NCBI GenBank assembly: GCA_044339205.1
Contig: JBIIVW010000001.1
Location: forward strand, 1-62,151
Direction: 5' to 3'
From: Rhodoferax sp.
Lineage (GTDB): Bacteria; Pseudomonadota; Gammaproteobacteria; Burkholderiales; Burkholderiaceae_C
Length of the DNA stretch: 62,151 nucleotides
The notes below the pieces were generated by a model. The model saw only the letters and a program-made list of their open reading frames with translations. It ran no database searches and was not told the origin of the DNA. The position numbers were made by a program, and so were the translations under genes. This document shows positions 61,021 through 62,151 of the stretch, piece by piece (position 1 is the stretch's first letter; each line of letters starts with the position of its first letter).

Positions 61021-62151
61021 TCAGTAACGCTCCGTTCGCCCGCCCAAGGACTGCAACACACCCATCCAGAATGCCGTTCTTTCGGCATAGGGCTCCGGAT
61101 CCTGGGCACCACTGGCTTGGGCGTACACAGCGGTCTGCACCATCACGATTCCTGTGGCGGGTTGCACAAAAATTGACTGGCCATGTATCCCTTGAAAAGC
61201 AAAGCTGCGCTCTCTCAAAGGATGCAACCAGAACTGAAAGCCGTAACCAAAATACGGCGTCGCCTTGTAAGGAGCAAATGCCGCTGGCTGAGCGGCAATC
61301 TCAGTGGCCTGGCGCAAATAGTCAGCCGAGATGATTTGTTGGCCGTTGACTTTGCCATCGTTGGCCATCAACAACCCCAGGCGACCCCAATCGCGCAAGG
61401 TTGCATTGAAGCAAAAATAGGCACCCGCCTGGAGGTCGCGGCCATGGCACCAAAACGCATCGCGCTCGGCGCCCATCGGCTTCCAGAGCCACTCGGTGGT
61501 CAACTCGGCCAGGCTGCGACCGGTGGCGCCGGTCAGCACGCGACCCAACACATCGGTTTCGGCGCTGGCGTAGACAAACTTTTCGCCTGACGGACTGTGC
61601 CTGTCTGAAAATGAACGCAACACACTGATGACAGAAGGACTGCCTGTCGCAAAGCCGCGCGACAATTTGGACACATCGTCCTGCCCGTCATAACGTTCGG
61701 TGAAGGTAATCCCCGAGCTCATCCGCAGCAAATTACGCAGCGTCGTTTCGCCGTAGGCACTGCCCGCCAGGTCTTTGGCATAGCGGCCGGCCGGGTCGTC
61801 CAGCGAAACGATCAAGCCCTTTTCCAAAGCCACACCGACCAGCATCGACGTCACGCTTTTGGCCATGGAGAATGACAAGAACCGCGCATCTTCTGTGCGG
61901 TTGTAACGGTATCGTTCGGCCACGATCTCGCCATTTTTAAGTACAAGCAAACCGGTGATGCGTCGCCGCTCCAGGTACTCGTCCAGGGTGTAGCCGAGGT
62001 TGCGATACCGGTAATTTATTTCCTTGGGCTGCATGGCTCTGGGCAGCGCATTCACCGTCTCACCTCGGCTGACCGACTGAGTCAAAACGCCCGGCACTCT
62101 GTCCAGCGCGGACCAGGCGCCCACCCGGTTTTCCATGGTGGACCAGCGGGC
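61021..62151 (-). CDS. Serine hydrolase (beta-lactamase class C/NylB-like); 5' end outside the window
   Basis: SFSMAKS, FVYAS and GIHGQ motifs; the frame is open to the window edge. Confidence 0.88.
   Translation of the reverse strand, partial: ARWSTMENRVGAWSALDRVPGVLTQSVSRGETVNALPRAMQPKEINYRYRNLGYTLDEYLERRRITGLLVLKNGEIVAERYRYNRTEDARFLSFSMAKSVTSMLVGVALEKGLIVSLDDPAGRYAKDLAGSAYGETTLRNLLRMSSGITFTERYDGQDDVSKLSRGFATGSPSVISVLRSFSDRHSPSGEKFVYASAETDVLGRVLTGATGRSLAELTTEWLWKPMGAERDAFWCHGRDLQAGAYFCFNATLRDWGRLGLLMANDGKVNGQQIISADYLRQATEIAAQPAAFAPYKATPYFGYGFQFWLHPLRERSFAFQGIHGQSIFVQPATGIVMVQTAVYAQASGAQDPEPYAERTAFWMGVLQSLGGRTERY

Overview
This is a 62-kb GC-rich chromosomal window from a betaproteobacterium, most likely Comamonadaceae (inferred from gene order and protein style). 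Most of it is housekeeping: the mpl 3' end, DAHP synthase, tldD, rodA, glpQ, an RNB nuclease, aroE, mtgA, ruvC, the full dcw cluster (mraZ to lpxC), hslVU, dksA, a COG0523 GTPase, rlmI, dapF-DUF484-xerC, nhaR, an Rrf2 regulator, RNase P RNA, cysK and two serine hydrolases. Three things stand out. (1) A 64-bp bipartite DNA motif, YRCT-N11-AGC + N18 + GCCGGCTAGAGGCC + A/T tail, recurs about 13 times. It sits mostly inside essential coding sequences (murG, murD, murE, aroE, dapF, rlmI), on both strands and in four reading frames, with the spacer held at 18 bp. (2) An accessory five-gene operon (11.9-16.9 kb) encodes a CsgG/HfaB-like lipoprotein and secreted proteins that share a beta-repeat. It faces a divergent two-component system and is a candidate undescribed curli-like fibre/adhesin secretion system. 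(3) An unannotated Phe/Tyr/Trp-rich leader peptide and attenuator precede DAHP synthase. All calls come from reading the sequence; no database searches were run.
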